DNA of 64,000 bases from Candidatus Gastranaerophilaceae bacterium (GTDB taxonomy: Bacteria > Cyanobacteriota > Vampirovibrionia > Gastranaerophilales > Gastranaerophilaceae): positions 1,658 to 65,657 of the forward strand of contig JAZTXF010000047.1 in the NCBI GenBank assembly GCA_045636305.1, read 5' to 3'. Below are positions 59,700 through 64,000 of the stretch, piece after piece (within the stretch, counting starts at the first letter, position 1; the number at the start of each line of letters is the position of its first letter). A model generated the notes under the pieces. It ran no database searches, was not told the DNA's origin, and saw only the letters and a list, made by a program, of their open reading frames with translations. The translations under genes were made by a program, and so were the position numbers.

Positions 59700-62600
59700 C
59701 TAGTCTCTTAGTTTTACCCCTGTAACTCTTGTTATACCCTTTTCTTTTTGAGTTACACCAATTGTTCTATTAGCTGATTCTATCATAGGTTTTCTATGAC
59801 TAACTACTATAAATTGCGTATTTTCTGATTGCTTTTGAACTATATGTGCTAATTTTTCAACATTAATACCGTCAAGGTTCGCATCTACTTCATCCAGAGC
59901 GTAGAATGGTGCCGGCATGTATCTTTGTATCGCAAATACGAAAGCTAAAGCTGTTAATGATTTTTCACCACCGGACATAGCTTCAAGTCTTTGTTTTTTC
60001 TTGTCACGAGGTTGTGCTTCGATAGTCATACCTCCGTTGAATGGTGATTCCTCATTTTCTAAAACCAGTGTGCCTTCACCATCAGAAAGCTTGTTAAAAA
60101 TGTCTTTAAAGTTCTCATTAATTGCATTATATGCTTTTAAGAAAGTCTCTTTTTTAAGTTGTTCAAAGCCATTCATTCTTTCAAGAATTTGAATGCGCTC
60201 TTGTGAGAGTGTATCTATTTTTGTTTTTAACTCTTGTTGACGGGTTAAAACTTCATCGTATGCCGTAAGTGCTCGCATGTTAACAAGACCCAGTTCGTCC
60301 ATTTTTCTTTGTAGACGAGCAATTTTACTATTTATTTCATCAACAGATATTTCTAATGGTTCAAGCTTATTAACGTCTATATTTGCTGATTTTAATTCGT
60401 TTGTAACTTCTTCAAGTTGTGGTTCAAGTTCTCGTCTTCGTGCTTTATAGCTTTCAACTTGTTCTGCTAATCTTTCTAGATTGCTTTCATATAAATTTTT
60501 CAGTTTTTCCAATTCTAGAAGTTGATTATTAACTTCATCACGTTTAGCCTGAAGTTCAATAAGTTTTTCGCCCAACACGCGTATTTGTTCTTCAAGCTCT
60601 TGTACTTTAGCATCTATTTCCTTAATTTCTTGAGAGTATCGATCTTTATCAGTGTTTAATGTTTGATTGTCAGCCAATAATTTCTCAATTTGTTCGTGTT
60701 TAGTTTTTATAACTTCTTCGTTAAATGCTATTTCTCTGTTGAAATCATTTATATCATTGTTAGCTCTGGCAATATTGCCTTCCAATGCTTTTATTTCATT
60801 TTCCTTAGCTTCTGTTAATTCTTTTAACTTTTGAAGTTCTTCTTCCGGCATCAGGCTTTCAATTTTTTCAATTTCTGCTTGAACGTTAAGTGCTTTTTCA
60901 TTAATATCAAGCATCTTTTCTTCAATTTTTTCAAGTTTTTTATCATATTCTGAAATTTTAGGTTCAATTTCAGAAATTTGTTTTTTACGTTCTTCTATAT
61001 TTTTATCAGTGTCTTCTTGCGAACGAATAAGATTAGAAAGTTCTAATTTTGATTTATTAAATTCAGTCATTGCATTTGAGTAGTTGATACGTACCGAATC
61101 TAATTTGCGCTCTAACTCCATTTTTTTGTTCTCAAGTGAAGAAAGTTTTTTCTCCATTTCTTTTAGTCTTGTTTTAAATGTATCAAGTTCATTATTTTGA
61201 GCTTGAGAGAATTTAAGCCCTGACTTAGCAGCAGAACCACCGGTAATTGAGCCTGATTTTTCAAAAATTTCTCCTTGTAGCGTAACTACACGGTATTTAC
61301 CAATCATTCTTCTTGCACTTTCAAAATCTTCAACAACAAGTGTATCTCCAAGTGCATGCCAGAAAGCATCGGTATAATTGTCATCAAAATCAATTAAATT
61401 TATCGCGTAATCTATAACACCTTTTTCTTTTGGAAGTTTTAATGAGTTAGGAGCTGCTTTGATTTTGTTTAATGGTAAAAATGTAGCACGTCCCGCTTTT
61501 GAAGATTTTAGAATTTCAACGCAAATTTTCGCAACATCTTCATCATCGACAACGATGGATCGCATTCTGCTGCCCATTGCAACTTCAAGAGCAACGGAAT
61601 ATTCTTCTTCAACTTGTCCTAACTGTACGAGGGGAGCATGAACACCTTTTACTTTTGCGCTCATAACTGTATCAACAGGACGGCCCAAATTCATTTCATC
61701 AAAAGCCATTTTTTGAGCTTCCAGTGTTGAAATTTTCCTGTATGATGTGTTTATGTTGTAGCTTAAATCAGATATCTCATTTTTAGTTGTATCCAGCTCG
61801 TGCAAGGTATTTTGCTGAACAATTTTGAAATCTTCAAGTTCTTTTGCCAGTTCTTGAACTTGTAGTTCTAAGGAGTCTTTGTTTCCGGCAAAATTTTCTT
61901 TGAAATTCTCTAGTTCTTCAAGAGAGTTTTTAGCTGCGTCTAATTCTTTTCTGAATGAATTTACTTCAGCTTCCAGTGGTGCTTGTTCTTTTATTAAAGC
62001 ATTTTCTTGAGCTTGAATTGTATCAAGTTCTTTTCTGAGTTCATTGCGTTTTTGAACGTGTTGGTCTGCAGTTTGGTTTAGTCCTGTCTGCTCTTGTATT
62101 ATTTGATTAAGCTCATCTTTTTTTATATGAATTTGTTTTTCTGTTTCTTCGATTTCAGCTTTTTTAATATCTATATTTTCTAAAGCTTTTTTGTTTTTTT
62201 CGTTAGAATTTTCAATACCGTTTTTGGCATTTTCAATGGTACGTAAATTGTCATGGATTTGTTTATCAGCAAAGTTTATGGCAGAGCTTTTGTTATTAAT
62301 TTGTCCTTTTAACTCTTCGACTCGCTTTTTAATTTCAATTTGTTCAGCTTCGCCTTTTGCTTTTACTTCTTCCGAAATTTCGTTATATTTTGCACGAGTT
62401 TGTGAAAGTTCTTCTTGCAGCTCTTTTAGCTTAAATTCTTCTTCTTTTTTCTTTTTATTTGCATCCAGAATGCTTTCGTGCGCAATTTCTAAAGCTTTTT
62501 TAATGTCAAAATATTTGGCTGATGTTAAATTGCTTTCGTATCCTTTTTTTTCTTCTTGTAATTTCTGATATTTGAGAGCTTGTTCTCTTTCTGCTGCCAA

Positions 62601-63197
62601 CTGTTCAAGACGTCCGTCAATTTCATTTAATATAATGGTAGATCGTTCAACTCTTGATTCTACTGTGTCAAGCTCGTTTTGAGCTTGTTCTATTCTTCTG
62701 TCAAAGTCAGCAACACCGGCAATTTCATCAATAATTTTGCGTCTTTCACCTGCACTGCAATTAGTTATCGCCATGACATCGCCCTGCATCATGACGTTAT
62801 AGCTGTTTGGTGTAATGTTATATTTTTCCAAAACAGTGTGTATATCTGATAATGTGGTTATTTTACCGTTTAAATAGTAGATACTGTTAAAGCCTTGAGA
62901 TGATTTACGAATTTTTCTGGCTACTTCTATAGTTTCATCTGAATTGTCATCAGGCGCAAAGGAGACACGCACATATGCCTCATTTTTTTTTGTGTGAGTT
63001 GAAATGAGATGGAAAAGCTTTTCAGCACGTAATGAACGAGACGTGGACAGACCAAGCGCAAAAAGTACGCTGTCAATAATGTTACTTTTCCCGGAACCGT
63101 TCGGACCTGATATGGTGGTAAAACCAGGTAGGAAGGGTATTTCTATTTTATTAGCAAATGACTTAAAATTGTCAATCTCTAACTCTTTAATATGCAT
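59700..63197 (-). CDS. smc: Chromosome partition protein Smc
   Basis: MHIKELEIDNFKSF...GPNGSGKSN, long coiled coils, a hinge, and C-terminal LSGGEKSLTALAFVFAI...LDEVDANLD. ATG at 63197 preferred over the upstream track start. Confidence 0.95.
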   Translation of the reverse strand: MHIKELEIDNFKSFANKIEIPFLPGFTTISGPNGSGKSNIIDSVLFALGLSTSRSLRAEKLFHLISTHTKKNEAYVRVSFAPDDNSDETIEVARKIRKSSQGFNSIYYLNGKITTLSDIHTVLEKYNITPNSYNVMMQGDVMAITNCSAGERRKIIDEIAGVADFDRRIEQAQNELDTVESRVERSTIILNEIDGRLEQLAAEREQALKYQKLQEEKKGYESNLTSAKYFDIKKALEIAHESILDANKKKKEEEFKLKELQEELSQTRAKYNEISEEVKAKGEAEQIEIKKRVEELKGQINNKSSAINFADKQIHDNLRTIENAKNGIENSNEKNKKALENIDIKKAEIEETEKQIHIKKDELNQIIQEQTGLNQTADQHVQKRNELRKELDTIQAQENALIKEQAPLEAEVNSFRKELDAAKNSLEELENFKENFAGNKDSLELQVQELAKELEDFKIVQQNTLHELDTTKNEISDLSYNINTSYRKISTLEAQKMAFDEMNLGRPVDTVMSAKVKGVHAPLVQLGQVEEEYSVALEVAMGSRMRSIVVDDEDVAKICVEILKSSKAGRATFLPLNKIKAAPNSLKLPKEKGVIDYAINLIDFDDNYTDAFWHALGDTLVVEDFESARRMIGKYRVVTLQGEIFEKSGSITGGSAAKSGLKFSQAQNNELDTFKTRLKEMEKKLSSLENKKMELERKLDSVRINYSNAMTEFNKSKLELSNLIRSQEDTDKNIEERKKQISEIEPKISEYDKKLEKIEEKMLDINEKALNVQAEIEKIESLMPEEELQKLKELTEAKENEIKALEGNIARANNDINDFNREIAFNEEVIKTKHEQIEKLLADNQTLNTDKDRYSQEIKEIDAKVQELEEQIRVLGEKLIELQAKRDEVNNQLLELEKLKNLYESNLERLAEQVESYKARRRELEPQLEEVTNELKSANIDVNKLEPLEISVDEINSKIARLQRKMDELGLVNMRALTAYDEVLTRQQELKTKIDTLSQERIQILERMNGFEQLKKETFLKAYNAINENFKDIFNKLSDGEGTLVLENEESPFNGGMTIEAQPRDKKKQRLEAMSGGEKSLTALAFVFAIQRYMPAPFYALDEVDANLDGINVEKLAHIVQKQSENTQFIVVSHRKPMIESANRTIGVTQKEKGITRVTGVKLRD

Positions 63198-63316
63198 GTG
63201 GTAGTGTTTTTCCCGTTGTCTAGACAATAATCTTATATTAAATTAAACAATAACTATAATCTAGTGTCAAAAAGGTTAAGAATGTTACAAAATTGTTAAA
63301 ATTATATGTTTTTCTC

Positions 63317-63343
63317 TAAAGGTTAAAAAAAAATAGTCGATAA
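63317..63343 (+). promoter_or_regulatory. Sigma-28-type promoter
   Basis: TAAAGGTT-N11-GTCGATAA. The -10 element ends 6 nt before the first ATG and 26 nt before the SD-preceded ATG at 63370. Confidence 0.6.
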
Positions 63344-63369
63344 CTATTATGTCAAATGGAGAAAAAAAC

Positions 63370-63648
63370 ATGGATGCTAAAATGTTACAAACAAATGCTC
63401 CCGTGAACTTTTTTATGGCAGGTGGGCATTTTATAACTGATAATTTCAACATGAAAATAATTGACACTTCATTGCCAAATGCCTTTGAAGATTATGATTT
63501 TGTGTCAATAAAGCCTGACATGATGAGTGAATATATTGAATCGGAAAAATTACCGCCTCCGCAAGAAGAGGTGAAAGGTGGTGTGTTTGCATCGATTTCT
63601 AATTTTTTTGGAGGTCAAAAAAACAATATTGAACAAGAAAGCCCTTGA
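63370..63648 (+). CDS. Orphan ~92-aa protein downstream of a sigma-28-type promoter
   Basis: The ORF track gives 63349..63648. ATG at 63370 has GGAG 8 nt upstream and is compatible with the predicted TSS. No motif recognised. Confidence 0.55.
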   Translation: MDAKMLQTNAPVNFFMAGGHFITDNFNMKIIDTSLPNAFEDYDFVSIKPDMMSEYIESEKLPPPQEEVKGGVFASISNFFGGQKNNIEQESP

Positions 63649-63669
63649 GTATCAAGGGCTTTCTTGTTC
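63631..63669. terminator. 17-bp perfect hairpin between convergent genes
   Basis: GAACAAGAAAGCCCTTG-AGTAT-CAAGGGCTTTCTTGTTC. The left arm overlaps the last codons of the upstream ORF. Confidence 0.7.
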
Positions 63670-63690
63670 AATATTTAATGGGGTAGCTAA

Positions 63691-64000
63691 TTAAAAATAT
63701 CTTTTTAGCAAGCCTGCAAATGCACAACCGTGTCTTGCTTCGTCTTTGCACATTTCGTGAACTGTGTCATGTATTGCATCATAACCAAGTTCTTTAGCTC
63801 TTGTAGCAATGACTTTTTTAGCCGCACATGCTCCATTTTCTGCATCAGCACGCATTTGTAGATTTTCTTTTGTGCTTGTTGAAACAACTTCGCCTAAAAG
63901 TTCAGCAAATTTAGCTGCATGTTCAGCTTCTTCCCAAGCGATTCTTTTATAAGCTTCAGCTACTTCAGGGTAACCTTCTCTGTCAGCTTGCCTTGACATT
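63691..64000 (-). CDS. Rubrerythrin/ferritin-like diiron protein; the 5' part is probably outside the window
   Basis: EEAEHAAKF and [10 protein letters not shown] are ExxH diiron motifs. The apparent Met at 63999 is likely internal. Confidence 0.7.
   Translation of the reverse strand, partial: MSRQADREGYPEVAEAYKRIAWEEAEHAAKFAELLGEVVSTSTKENLQMRADAENGACAAKKVIATRAKELGYDAIHDTVHEMCKDEARHGCAFAGLLKRYF

Overview
This is an AT-rich, gene-dense bacterial chromosomal segment with about 75 coding genes, 2 tRNAs, and no rRNA, CRISPR array, transposase, integrase or obvious prophage. The content is mostly housekeeping. It includes a split F1Fo ATP synthase: atpD-atpC at 20.0-21.9 kb, and a/c/b'/b/delta/alpha/gamma at 35.7-40.6 kb. 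It also includes smc-scpA-scpB, a metG-prfB-hisS operon (prfB carries the classical +1 frameshift), a pyrH-frr-cdsA-rnc-rpe run, uvrC, dapB, rpmI-rplT, lepB, uppS, rdgB, pheA and a DAHP synthase. Envelope and diderm markers are a class A PBP, a GT9 heptosyltransferase, tonB-exbB-exbD-exbD and a prepilin-type protein. The cyanobacterial-style atp gene order with both b and b', the low GC content and the abundance of pseudopilin and TonB genes fit a non-photosynthetic cyanobacteria-related lineage (Melainabacteria/Vampirovibrionia-like). That placement is an inference, not a database result. The most interesting signal is three near-identical sigma-28 (FliA)-type promoters, TAAAG(T/G)TT-N11-G(C/T)CGATAA. 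Each sits in an intergenic region, correctly oriented, directly upstream of a monocistronic orphan gene of 265 aa, 93 aa or about 92 aa that has no family signature I can recognise. Together they look like an undescribed set of late flagellar/motility-regulon proteins. Other items worth a second look are: a transporter / 4-Cys repeat protein / activase-like ATPase operon; a split BcrAD-BadFG ATPase and DUF2229 pair; two paralogous secreted proteins fused to the TonB cluster; a 762-aa divergent phosphohexomutase; and a YraN gene that seems to need an AUU start.
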